Source: a virus
Direction: 5' to 3' (one strand)
DNA length: 64,000 bases
Virus record (IMG/VR): IMGVR_UViG_3300046463_000164
A program made the position numbers and the translations under genes. This document shows, piece after piece, positions 1 to 8,433 of this stretch. The stretch's first letter is position 1. Every line of letters begins with the position of its first letter. The notes below the pieces were generated by a model, which was given only the letters and a program-made list of their open reading frames with translations, made no database searches and was not told where the DNA came from.

Positions 1-529
1 TTGATGCAGCTTTGACTATATTACTAATATTCCGCTTAGAATAATCCCTAATGGAATTTAGGTTAGATTTTCCAATCTTATCCTTATGCTCTTCCGACAA
101 CTTCCTACCTGACATCGAGTCAGATATTTTCTTTTTGGTTTCTTCAGAATGACTCTTACCAAAAAGAGGATTGTTTTCGCCGGTTGCCGCCTCAGACAGT
201 TTCTTTCGAGTTTCGGCTGAAGGATTCGAACAACCCTCTCCGCCGTCAGTTCCATTTGTTAACGGACCAAATCCCAAATCTCTGCGACCATATTCAGCAA
301 TCCAGAAAACTTCCCACATCTCAGCATCATCTGCCGACAAATGCATATTCAAGAATTCTACAAGGATATACTTACCTTCACGTATAGCCTTTCTGATCTT
401 CTTGTTTTTAAATGAATCTGGATTTCCGTCTTTGCCGCCAAGATGATCCCAAGCCCTTCTCTTAATACCCTTTCCTACATAAAATGGCTTGGGATCATCT
501 TCAATTCTAAGTTGATATACATAAAACAT
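1..529 (-). CDS. GIY-YIG homing endonuclease with NUMOD3 repeats (3' end runs off the window)
   Basis: Hand translation from ATG 529 (RBS GAGG): MFYVYQLRIEDDPKPFYVGKGIKRRAWDH...LTNGTDGGEG...GENNPLFGKSHSEETKKKISDSMSGRKLSEEHKDKIG; frame open to position 1; absent from the ORF track. Confidence 0.85.
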   Translation of the reverse strand, partial: MFYVYQLRIEDDPKPFYVGKGIKRRAWDHLGGKDGNPDSFKNKKIRKAIREGKYILVEFLNMHLSADDAEMWEVFWIAEYGRRDLGFGPLTNGTDGGEGCSNPSAETRKKLSEAATGENNPLFGKSHSEETKKKISDSMSGRKLSEEHKDKIGKSNLNSIRDYSKRNISNIVKAAS

Positions 530-547
530 ATTACCTCTTAAAATAAA

Positions 548-867
548 GAACTCATGATACGCCAGCCTGGAGCACACCTCGGGGTCAATTCAATGATCAC
601 CCACCACACTATACCCAGGATTTAAAAGATCGTTCAGACTTAATAACTTGAAAGTTGAGACTTAAACTTTAGAAATTTAATCTTTGAATCTTTAGCTTTA
701 ATCGTTGAACTTTAAGAGTATTTGTATAGTCCCTTTCGGGCCACTATATTAATTGTCCTTGCGAGGATAAAGGTCGCAGTTCAATAGTCGATTTTGGCTC
801 TCGCGGTTTAACGTCCAAGCGAGAAGGGACGCCGAAAGTTTTGAAGCGTTCAGCGTACCATGAGTTC
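548..867 (-). ncRNA. Putative ~320-nt structured ncRNA with an internal tandem-repeat tract
   Basis: Ends 851-867 and 548-564 form a 17-bp helix (GAACUCAUGGUACGCUG/UGGCGUAUCAUGAGUUC) whose three non-Watson-Crick positions are G-U only on the minus strand; internal hairpins UCUCGC/GCGAGA, UAUAGU-GG-CCC-GAAA-GGG-ACUAUA, CCUGG/CCAGG. Confidence 0.7.
629..714 (-). repeat. 12 degenerate tandem units of 6-8 nt, 11 starting YAA and the last GAA
   Basis: TAAAGTT CAACGAT TAAAGC TAAAGATT CAAAGAT TAAATTTC TAAAGTT TAAGTCT CAACTTT CAAGTTAT TAAGTCT GAACGAT. Confidence 0.75.
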
Positions 868-886
868 AGTTTTACTACAAAACTAC

Positions 887-1519
887 TTAGTCGGCCAGTT
901 CAATCTCAGTCCGAGCATTAGACTCGCTCAGGACGAAATCAACTTCCGTCACAAAATCTTCATACTCACGACGAAGCACCGCGATTTGATCCACAATCTT
1001 CTTCGGGTCCAAAAGTTTGGCTTCTTGCTCGCCCTTAACTGCCTTCGCAATCAGGTCGTGCTGCTCTGCCGTAACTTTGCCCTTATCGTTACCGTATGCC
1101 GCCATCACACGCTTTTCAACGTCAGCTTCAACACGAGCATTCTGGTTGTTAGCCTGAATCGTAGCGCTGTTATACTGCGCTTGTAGCGTATTGATCAGAC
1201 GCTCGGTGTACTGGATCGAACTCTTACGTTCAATAGCTTCAGCAACCGTCATCGTCGCGCCGCTGATCGAAACTTGTGTTTTCGAGTTAGCAACGATAAT
1301 AGCTCGCTTAATGGCATCACGGCGCTTGATCAAATCCCCAACTTGCTGGTATGACGCTTGAATAGTCTTTTCCAGTTCATCCTTCGAAACCGCAGCATTC
1401 AGCGGGACTTCCTTGCTACCTCGCACAACAGCAACATAGGTTCCTTGAGCGATCGCATTTTGAATACGGCTGTCAAGGGTCTTCAGTTCAGCCAAACCGC
1501 GCGTTACAGTAATCTTCAT
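887..1519 (-). CDS. Long alpha-helical coiled-coil protein, DIP1984/DUF6847-like
   Basis: N-terminal TRGLAELKTLDSRI, central RDAIKRAIIVANSKT...MTVAEAIERK, C-terminal LLDP...EVDFVLSESNARTEIE pattern. Confidence 0.6.
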   Translation of the reverse strand: MKITVTRGLAELKTLDSRIQNAIAQGTYVAVVRGSKEVPLNAAVSKDELEKTIQASYQQVGDLIKRRDAIKRAIIVANSKTQVSISGATMTVAEAIERKSSIQYTERLINTLQAQYNSATIQANNQNARVEADVEKRVMAAYGNDKGKVTAEQHDLIAKAVKGEQEAKLLDPKKIVDQIAVLRREYEDFVTEVDFVLSESNARTEIELAD

Positions 1520-1571
1520 ATTTTCCTTTCTTCTCTTCAGTATAGGTACTTAAACCCGTTAAAATTCAGCG

Positions 1572-1991
1572 TTAAACGACTTTTTTGCCCATCATCTTTA
1601 CGATCTCAGGATCGGAAACGACAACGTAATTCGATTTATGCATTGGCATCACAGTGAACTTACGTTCAGCCGCTTCAGCCTCTCGGCGATTATACTCTTC
1701 AACCCCGATTTCTTCAATCATTTGTTTACGCAACTCATACTTCTTATCCGAAGCTTGAGGCACCTCAGCAGGGCGATTAGGCTTAACCAATCGATCTGCA
1801 TGCATTGCTAGAGCACCGCTAATACCAGCGGCTGGATTACGATTACCAAAAGACGGTCGCATAGGTTTCGTTACTAGAGGTTTGGAGTGGCGTTCCAGGA
1901 GTTTATCCCATTCAGACGCCAACTCACGTTGCTTCGCATTCGGCTTACGTTTCTTCATACAACCATTAACGACGTTTGTTGAACCCACCAA
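1572..1991 (-). CDS. Hypothetical protein (T4-like phage family ending in MHKSNY)
   Basis: 139-aa ORF in the minus-strand gene run; true start may be the internal Met (MKKRKP). Confidence 0.6.
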   Translation of the reverse strand: MVGSTNVVNGCMKKRKPNAKQRELASEWDKLLERHSKPLVTKPMRPSFGNRNPAAGISGALAMHADRLVKPNRPAEVPQASDKKYELRKQMIEEIGVEEYNRREAEAAERKFTVMPMHKSNYVVVSDPEIVKMMGKKVV

Positions 1992-2361
1992 AGTTCGAGC
2001 TAGTCTTCACCGGCTTAGACAGAGACAACTTAGGCGCTGGAGCAGCCACAGGCGCTACAACCGGGGCATGATTCACAGTGACGTTCTTTACAACCTTCTG
2101 CTGAATGATCGTCGTATGATTAACAGGCGCAGGTGAGGCGGCAGCGTTCCGGGTCGATAGCTTACCGGCCATAAAGCCAGCAGCCCCGCCTAGGAGCGCT
2201 CCGGTGAGAACGCCGCCATTATTACTCTGAGCAGGAGCAGAGACATAAACCGGCTGCTGAACTCCCGCATTCGGGTTTTGCGTCTGATACTGAGGATAGT
2301 TGTTATCGTGGCAAGCAGCCATAGAAACAGCCATCAGTGCAGCAAGGAAAATCTTCTTCAT
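1966..2361 (-). CDS. Putative lipoprotein
   Basis: Signal peptide MKKIFLAALMAVSMAAC with lipobox Cys; glycine-zipper-like GALLGGAAG. Confidence 0.65.
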   Translation of the reverse strand: MKKIFLAALMAVSMAACHDNNYPQYQTQNPNAGVQQPVYVSAPAQSNNGGVLTGALLGGAAGFMAGKLSTRNAAASPAPVNHTTIIQQKVVKNVTVNHAPVVAPVAAPAPKLSLSKPVKTSSNFGGFNKRR

Positions 2362-2599
2362 TATTGTACCTTGAACTTTGATTGTTAAACTTACGAAATT
2401 GCTCCCAACATATTCTTCAGTGCCAGCATTTCGCCGCGAATGTTATGTAGGTTTTTGATCGCGGAGGACTCGGACAGAACCCCATTGCTATGGTAGCAAG
2501 CCGCGATACAAGCTAGCACATCGCTGGCGGTCTTTTCGACCAGCTTCAGAACATCCAACGACAACGGCACATCAGCCCCGGTCTTAGTCAGATTGAGAC

Positions 2600-3055
2600 T
2601 CATTCGTAGACGACATCCTGTGCAGAGGCAATACCACCAACCTTCAGCCACGCAAACTTCTTATCCTTGTCGATGCGAGCCAGACGCGAAGCTTCAGCCT
2701 TAGCCAAGTCTTCAGTGTTGTGAAGCGAAGGATTAGCGGACGCAGAAAACGCGCCAGTAGTCTTGTTCACAGAACCAACAATCCAAAAACCACGGCGAAT
2801 CGGACCAGTATTAATCATAGTAGGTTTAAACATTCCTTTAATTTTGTGCAGCTCAACAGAGCCACGAAGTTCACTCAAAGTAAAAAATCTACGATTGCCA
2901 TCATTATACAAAGTATAACCTTGCTCATGACGGTCATTCATTTCCAGACTACGATACGCCCCGTAGGGCGTCTTGTGATACGAAATAACCTTAAGAGTTT
3001 CCGATTCCAAATGATACTTCGGAAAACCCTTAATCGAGATCAACTCATTCATCAC
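2600..3055 (-). CDS. Hypothetical protein with a NUMOD4-like N-terminus
   Basis: ISIKGFPKY start; RBS GAGG. Confidence 0.6.
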   Translation of the reverse strand: MMNELISIKGFPKYHLESETLKVISYHKTPYGAYRSLEMNDRHEQGYTLYNDGNRRFFTLSELRGSVELHKIKGMFKPTMINTGPIRRGFWIVGSVNKTTGAFSASANPSLHNTEDLAKAEASRLARIDKDKKFAWLKVGGIASAQDVVYE

Positions 3056-3070
3056 ACCTCATATTAGAAA

Positions 3071-3144
3071 TATCCAGTTTGGACTTCGATTCCAAAACCT
3101 CCCGATTTAAATGCGGGCATACTTTCCATTTATACTACTGGATG
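3071..3144 (-). pseudogene. tRNA-like cloverleaf (degenerate tRNA), anticodon position reads UUA, no encoded CCA
   Basis: CATCCAG-TA-GTAT-AAATGGAAA-GTAT-G-CCCGC-ATTTAAA-TCGGG-AGGT-TTTGGA-ATCGAAG-TCCAAA-CTGGATA. Confidence 0.55.
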
Positions 3145-3198
3145 TTACCGAGACAATCATATTCAATAATTTTGATTATCTCGACCTTTGCGCAATCA

Positions 3199-3275
3199 TG
3201 GCGCGCCGGAAAGGAATCGAACCCTCAACCTGGGGAGTAGAAATCCCCTGCTCTATCCAGTTGAGCTACCGGCGC
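3199..3275 (-). tRNA. tRNA-Arg(UCU)
   Basis: GCGCCGG acceptor, D-arm GCTC/GAGC, anticodon arm GGGGA-TTTCTAC-TCCCC, GTTCGATTC T-loop, encoded CCA. Confidence 0.95.
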
Positions 3276-3298
3276 TTCGTTTAACTTAACATACAGCT

Positions 3299-3327
3299 AT
3301 TATACCCGCATACTATGCTAAAGTAAA
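3299..3327 (-). promoter_or_regulatory. Sigma70-type promoter for the tRNA cluster
   Basis: TTTACT-N17-TATAAT with CATAGTA in the spacer. Confidence 0.8.
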
Positions 3328-3345
3328 GCGTTTACATCTGAATCT

Positions 3346-3516
3346 TTAGAAGCAGAACCAGCCGTTACATTTGATACACTTAACTCCACCGCCTGGTTGC
3401 GATACTTCTTCATGTTTGCAATTAGGGTCAGCGTCCCATAGTGCTAAATTGGGAAAATATTTGTTCGTGATTCTAGACAAATTCTCTTCAATAGGGTCTT
3501 TATCTCTTTGGGTCAT
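3346..3516 (-). CDS. Small Cys/His zinc-finger-like protein (56 aa)
   Basis: Hand translation MTQRDKDPIEEN...LWDADPNCKHEEVSQPGGGVKCIKCNGWFCF; fills the gap. Confidence 0.65.
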   Translation of the reverse strand: MTQRDKDPIEENLSRITNKYFPNLALWDADPNCKHEEVSQPGGGVKCIKCNGWFCF

Positions 3517-3991
3517 ATTCCACCACAGTTATTGATAACCTTGGGCTAGCACCGTTAATAATTCCTTCAATAGTTTCCCAATCGCCGCCAGCCAACCCAG
3601 CCCCGATCCTAGGAATTCCAACCAGTGCATTATCTTTATCCACATCTTTGTCTATAAAGAACCGAATTTGGGAATCCAGTCCAGCAAATACTTCTTTGAT
3701 GCTCTTATTCAGAACATCTTGATCCTCAATACCAGGATAGAACTGGGTGTAGGCATTTACAATTAGGCCGAACGCCGTCCATGCAGTAGTAAATGTACCT
3801 AGTTTATTCCTATCTCCATGTTTGCTATGCTTCACATCTTGACTAAAAGCTACGGGAAATTGCTTCGAAATCTGAGCAGCAATACCAGCTCCCATCGTAT
3901 GGAAACAGTTACAGCCGTGCACAATCGCATCAAATTCGCCATCTTTAAACAGCTTCAACAAATCGCCCTTCACAGTCTTAACTATCGGCAT
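3500..3991 (-). CDS. Macro domain (ADP-ribose/Appr-1''-p processing) protein
   Basis: KGDL, IVHGCNCFHTMGAGIA, PRIGAGLAGGDW motifs. Confidence 0.9.
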   Translation of the reverse strand: MPIVKTVKGDLLKLFKDGEFDAIVHGCNCFHTMGAGIAAQISKQFPVAFSQDVKHSKHGDRNKLGTFTTAWTAFGLIVNAYTQFYPGIEDQDVLNKSIKEVFAGLDSQIRFFIDKDVDKDNALVGIPRIGAGLAGGDWETIEGIINGASPRLSITVVEYDPKR

Positions 3992-4037
3992 ACTTCGCTC
4001 TATGTAAAATTCGAATAAAGAGATTATACCCTAATTT

Positions 4038-4793
4038 CTAGAACATAGAGAATAAATCAGCTGATTTCGCGGCTTCCTTTTCTGACTGGATTACTCGGAA
4101 TTCCTTGATCTTCTCAGCAAGCAAGAGCATGTAGTCACGACGATCACGCACAAATACTTGGGCCTCTGAAGCTTTCTCAACTGAGATAATGATCACCAGT
4201 TTCTCAGCTTTCAGACCATACAACTCTTCAAGCATTATAGAATAGCAGGTTGCCTGAAGGAAATAGTTGGTAATGAACTTAGCCAACTTCTCTTTCGTAG
4301 CAGTCTTAAAGTCGATGATAGCCAACTCACCCTTGTACTTGGCGATACAGTCAACTCGACCAGCAAGTCCCATCTTCTTAGACCACATAGGCAATTCAAG
4401 CCCATAGACATCATCGACGTGAATCCGCATCACGCGTTCAATCTGACGATACATGAATTGATAATCGCCGGCCTCTTCAGGCTTAGGATTATTCTTGAGA
4501 AGATATTCAAGTGCCAAGTGGACGCCGGTTCCGCGAGTTGTGCAACGCTCTGACTCAGCATGTGCCTTATCTAGACCCCCAAGCCTTTCTGCCCATCGTT
4601 CGAACCAGCCGTCATCCTTCTCAAGAGAAGCGAGGAAAGTGGTTACTGACGGATATCTTGAACCGTCTGGAGTTACATACAGACGGCCTGTGGGCGAATC
4701 TATATTATAGCAATGATATTCCTCTAGGAAACACTGCCGAAATTTCTTGTCGGCAGTATTCTTGCGAGCTTTTACAAGATCAAATGACGGCAT
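4038..4793 (-). CDS. PD-(D/E)XK exonuclease (Cas4-like phage family)
   Basis: YPSVTT, RGTGVH, AGRVDC, IIDFKT, YFLQATCY; C-terminal ADLFSMF tail. Confidence 0.85.
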   Translation of the reverse strand: MPSFDLVKARKNTADKKFRQCFLEEYHCYNIDSPTGRLYVTPDGSRYPSVTTFLASLEKDDGWFERWAERLGGLDKAHAESERCTTRGTGVHLALEYLLKNNPKPEEAGDYQFMYRQIERVMRIHVDDVYGLELPMWSKKMGLAGRVDCIAKYKGELAIIDFKTATKEKLAKFITNYFLQATCYSIMLEELYGLKAEKLVIIISVEKASEAQVFVRDRRDYMLLLAEKIKEFRVIQSEKEAAKSADLFSMF

Positions 4794-5094
4794 CAGGAAT
4801 ATACTTCAAACTGTAATATTTACCTTGCTTGTGAAAGTAGAAACGACCTTCCAGAACCCCACGTATCATATATTTGATATTACCTTCGAATTCTCCCTGT
4901 GCCATGTAGAAATTGCAACCATTACCATCCTTGAAAAGAGCTACATTGGAAGTATATTTCAGAATCTGATCAAACTCAAACCTACCTATGAACGGGCCAT
5001 TTTGTTCAAAATAAATGCTATCTCTAACATAGTCCGAATGTTTCATATTGCCGTCTTTATCGAACGGAACACTAATCTTTTTAATGACCGCCAT
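4780..5094 (-). CDS. Hypothetical protein
   Basis: 104-aa ORF overlapping its neighbours in the operon. Confidence 0.6.
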   Translation of the reverse strand: MAVIKKISVPFDKDGNMKHSDYVRDSIYFEQNGPFIGRFEFDQILKYTSNVALFKDGNGCNFYMAQGEFEGNIKYMIRGVLEGRFYFHKQGKYYSLKYIPDAVI

Positions 5095-5626
5095 TCTTCA
5101 CAATCTCCAAAACTTCGTCATAGTGGTAAGGGGCCATCAACCTATCCTTGCGGGTATCCACTCCAACATCCAGACGGTTGGGGAGTACACGGCACTCGTG
5201 GTGGGTGTCTCCATGCAAGTGGCCATGAAGATGGATCGTACCGTGTCGCATTTCTCGCCAGTTCTCGATAGGAAAGTGACACAATACTAGGTATTGATCA
5301 CCGATCTTGATATGGTCATAGTCCTTCATAGATGCAAAGTAACCGGACAGACTACGGAGAGTCTTGCCATCATGGTTGCCCATGATCAACTCGATATTGC
5401 CATTAAGGCGACCCAGTACTTGGGCTGTCTTGGCATAACTACCAAAGCTGACATCACCCAGATGATAAACCCTGTCATGAGGCTTAACTCTCCCATTCCA
5501 AGATTGGACCATCAGTTCCGTCATCTCATCTGCGTCTTTACCGGCTCTTGTGTCAGGACAAAACTCCTGGATTCGCTTATGAAAATAATGCGTATCGCTT
5601 GTGAACCAGGTATCATACAAATTCAT
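5081..5626 (-). CDS. Calcineurin-like metallophosphoesterase
   Basis: SDTH, LGD, GNHD, HFP, HGHLH motifs. Confidence 0.9.
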   Translation of the reverse strand: MNLYDTWFTSDTHYFHKRIQEFCPDTRAGKDADEMTELMVQSWNGRVKPHDRVYHLGDVSFGSYAKTAQVLGRLNGNIELIMGNHDGKTLRSLSGYFASMKDYDHIKIGDQYLVLCHFPIENWREMRHGTIHLHGHLHGDTHHECRVLPNRLDVGVDTRKDRLMAPYHYDEVLEIVKNGGH

Positions 5627-6546
5627 TTATCCTCCAGAAAGCCTCGGATGATATTGATCCGTGCTTGTTCATCTAATGTCAAAAACTCTGCCTTGTTCTC
5701 AAACAGGAAGTCGATCAGAGGGTAAAACTCCTCATCAATTCGCTGCTTAGCCTGATGATTGCTATCAGACAGAATACCTTCTAGCAACTTCTTCTCTCCA
5801 GCACGAGCTAGGAATTTGGTGATTAGATAATATGGAGACTTGATCTTCAAAGCCTTACCTGAGCTATTACCATATACCATAAATCCTTCGTGCTTGCATT
5901 CCTTGGCCATCTTCACAACGTCCGAGAAACGCATATTCAGATACGACTCAGGACGTTTACAATCCCAATGGAAGGCAAGGTGGTCCAATACACCCTCCAT
6001 AATAGAAACTGTTTGTCCATTGTAATATACGGTGCCGCCAATAAGCCAAGCGCCCAATTCTTCCTTGATGATATGCGGATCAGTTTCATCGCAAATTTCA
6101 AATATCAAGGTGCAAGGACCAAGCTTCTTGATCTGATTTTCATACTGACTTACATGCTTCTCTACAAGGTCAACAAAATCGCTATCCAAACTGCCAGTAG
6201 TAGAGTAGATGAGATCATCTGATAAATCTGGAGCATAAGTAGCAACTCCCATAAAGCCATTGACCTTACGGACTACAGTGCAAATCTCATCGCGATCAAT
6301 GTCTGTGCCGTTCTCATGATGATTGAACACCTTAGTGAACGGCTTAATGACAACATTGTAATCCTCATCTACTACCAAACCGCGACACTCATTCAAATAT
6401 GGGCTGAGATGCCAAAGGTTATCATAGAATACGCTGTTCTTATACTTGAGAACGAACAGACCGGGATATCGCTTGGACTCCTTCCGAGACACCAGCTTCG
6501 GATTGTTCTCCACAAACTTCTTCAGTTCCAGTCGGTCGATATGCAA
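5623..6546 (-). CDS. RNA ligase, Rnl1 family
   Basis: ECRGLV, motif I RKVNG, FEI, EGF, KIKSPYY. Confidence 0.85.
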   Translation of the reverse strand: MHIDRLELKKFVENNPKLVSRKESKRYPGLFVLKYKNSVFYDNLWHLSPYLNECRGLVVDEDYNVVIKPFTKVFNHHENGTDIDRDEICTVVRKVNGFMGVATYAPDLSDDLIYSTTGSLDSDFVDLVEKHVSQYENQIKKLGPCTLIFEICDETDPHIIKEELGAWLIGGTVYYNGQTVSIMEGVLDHLAFHWDCKRPESYLNMRFSDVVKMAKECKHEGFMVYGNSSGKALKIKSPYYLITKFLARAGEKKLLEGILSDSNHQAKQRIDEEFYPLIDFLFENKAEFLTLDEQARINIIRGFLEDK

Positions 6547-7003
6547 TTACTTTCTCCATAAATTCTTCGTGTGGCTCATAACGAGCCCGCATCTTGGCCA
6601 TAACATCTTCAGGAACGCCGTGAATACTACCATAGCCGTTATCCAACATACTGAATACCGCAATATCCTTGTTCAGCAGTTTAGCGAACCGGATATAGGG
6701 TTTAGCATCTTGGTACGACAGATTTGTGTTGGACACTATCACTGTCTCATCTTGAGCCAAGAAGGCTTCCGCCGTCTGTAGGCACCAACGATGTGCTCTG
6801 GATAGATTTTCGAATTCAAAGTTGTAAGAGCGGTCGGCATTACGATACCAGTACATATCCGCTTCAATATGAATACATCGATTAGCGCGAGCCAAATCCT
6901 TGGCCAGGGTTGATTTACCTGAGCCGGGAATACCGCGAATCAAAATCAGACAACCATCTTCAGCGGCGTGGTCTAAACCGCCGCTCACTTCATAATTTAT
7001 CAA
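6440..7003 (-). CDS. P-loop polynucleotide kinase-like protein (AAA_33)
   Basis: RGIPGSGKST, EAD, AHRWC, VSNT, HGVPE. Confidence 0.85.
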   Translation of the reverse strand: MINYEVSGGLDHAAEDGCLILIRGIPGSGKSTLAKDLARANRCIHIEADMYWYRNADRSYNFEFENLSRAHRWCLQTAEAFLAQDETVIVSNTNLSYQDAKPYIRFAKLLNKDIAVFSMLDNGYGSIHGVPEDVMAKMRARYEPHEEFMEKVIAYRPTGTEEVCGEQSEAGVSEGVQAISRSVRSQV

Positions 7004-7004
7004 G

Positions 7005-7445
7005 TTACAGTCCCAACATCATACGTCTAAAATCCAGCGCATTCTTGATATCGAATCCACGCTGACGCAATTGACCCTTGGCGTCCTCAAGGAACTTGAC
7101 AATACGTTCTGATTCCTTCACCAGTTCTCGCATTTCAGTGACCAGAGGGTCAACATTCATATAGTTTGGAATATCGGTCTTCAGAACCGCTTCAACCAAG
7201 GGTTCCTTGCGATAAACTTCAGATGTTTCCTTACCTGCGTAGTAGCGCTGACGCTTAAACTCAAGCTTGTGCAGTGCCTTCATCAGTTCCGAAAGCTGTC
7301 TTGACTTCTGGATATAGATACGGTTGAGCGAGGTAAAAATTTTGGGGCCTCTGATTGCTTCTCCATCGAGATCATCAGGGTTGATAGTAAGAAGGCGATC
7401 AACCTCCTTTTCAATATCTTCATACGACATTTCCTTGTAGTCCAT
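7005..7445 (-). CDS. uvsY: Recombination mediator UvsY
   Basis: RYYAGK, VLKTDIPNYMNVD, RGFDIKNALDFRR. Confidence 0.85.
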   Translation of the reverse strand: MDYKEMSYEDIEKEVDRLLTINPDDLDGEAIRGPKIFTSLNRIYIQKSRQLSELMKALHKLEFKRQRYYAGKETSEVYRKEPLVEAVLKTDIPNYMNVDPLVTEMRELVKESERIVKFLEDAKGQLRQRGFDIKNALDFRRMMLGL

Positions 7446-8335
7446 TACGCCTTTTCCTTCAACTTAACTTCGGCAACAACTTGTTTGACCAGCTTCAACA
7501 GCTGCTCTTGTGAAATCTGATACTCAACTTTACCCGGATTGAGATACGCGCCGTATGCGCTGATCAAACGCTTGCCTTCAAACTTCTGAAGAATCAAAGC
7601 GTCAACTTCCTTTTCCAGGCGGTCGCGTTCATTCGCTTCTTTAGTTGCAAAAGAAAGCACGCCAGATTCGCGTTGAGAATTTAGACGAGACTTAACAAAC
7701 TCCAGACCTTTCGCAGTCAGCTTTGCGACATTCGATTCACGCTGTCCATTGTCATCAATAATGACCGGACGCGTGCCGTAGCCATTTTCCTTGAACCAAG
7801 AGTTCCAGTATAGAGCATTGTTACCCTTATACCGGCTTGCGTATCCCTCAGATACCAACCAATTAGACAGTTGCTGTACCGGCATACCCAGTTGCCCAGC
7901 TGCTTCCTTCACTCCGATGATATACGGAAACACAAGGGTGGTAGTTGCAATCTTGTTAGCAGGTTTAACCTTCGTCGGGGCAACAGTACCAGTATTCTTC
8001 TTGGCCCAATCTGGGACGTAAGATAGGTCGTGGTATTCCTTCGGCTTGTTCGATTCTTCAACGATAGTCTCAGCAACCTTCTTAGCCCAAGCAACGAACG
8101 GAATCAGACCAGGAGTCTTGCTTGCGTCCTTTGCCACTTTGTTGAGAGACTTGACAGTCAGGTAGATCACGCCGTCGATTACAGTTTCACGACGCTTGCC
8201 CTTAGTATGATACCGCAGAGAACTTGCTCGTGAGAATCCTGCTGCATATGCCGCGTCAAGAAGATTGAATACTACCTTGTCGTCTTGATATTTGATGCGA
8301 ATGTCATTACCATTGTAACTACGAATGTAATCCAT
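7445..8335 (-). CDS. Bro-N plus KilA-C/ANT antirepressor-like DNA-binding protein
   Basis: N-terminal YNGNDIRI...FNLLDAAYAAGF; IGVKEAAGQLG...LSNWL...LTAKGLEFV. Confidence 0.6.
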   Translation of the reverse strand: MDYIRSYNGNDIRIKYQDDKVVFNLLDAAYAAGFSRASSLRYHTKGKRRETVIDGVIYLTVKSLNKVAKDASKTPGLIPFVAWAKKVAETIVEESNKPKEYHDLSYVPDWAKKNTGTVAPTKVKPANKIATTTLVFPYIIGVKEAAGQLGMPVQQLSNWLVSEGYASRYKGNNALYWNSWFKENGYGTRPVIIDDNGQRESNVAKLTAKGLEFVKSRLNSQRESGVLSFATKEANERDRLEKEVDALILQKFEGKRLISAYGAYLNPGKVEYQISQEQLLKLVKQVVAEVKLKEKA

Positions 8336-8364
8336 TTCAATCCTTAAGTTTATCGGAAAATCGT

Positions 8365-8393
8365 ATTATACCTTATAGTATGTAAAAAGTAAA
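8365..8393 (-). promoter_or_regulatory. Sigma70-type promoter
   Basis: TTTACT-N17-TATAAT with CATACTA in the spacer. Confidence 0.8.
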
Positions 8394-8406
8394 GCTGTAA
8401 AATATG

Positions 8407-8433
8407 AAACCCCGAATGGTTAGTTCGGGGTTT
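8407..8433. terminator. Intrinsic terminator
   Basis: AAACCCCGAA-loop-TTCGGGGTTT. Confidence 0.7.

Noticed and set aside
58-446. Short ORF-track calls 58-255, 171-446, 184-387
   Set aside because: They are shadows of the GIY-YIG gene (1-529, minus strand).
629-714. CRISPR or mini-array
   Set aside because: Units are 6-8 nt and degenerate, with no spacers; no cas operon is present, and the Cas4-like nuclease is a common stand-alone phage exonuclease.
548-867. Group I intron (structured RNA beside a homing endonuclease)
   Set aside because: No interrupted gene: the upstream ORF ends normally, the endonuclease lies outside the closing helix, and I could not find the P7 core motifs.
6440-6546. 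Kinase-ligase frameshift fusion
   Set aside because: The ligase has its own GGAG SD and TTG start and there is no slippery site; a simple overlap is sufficient.
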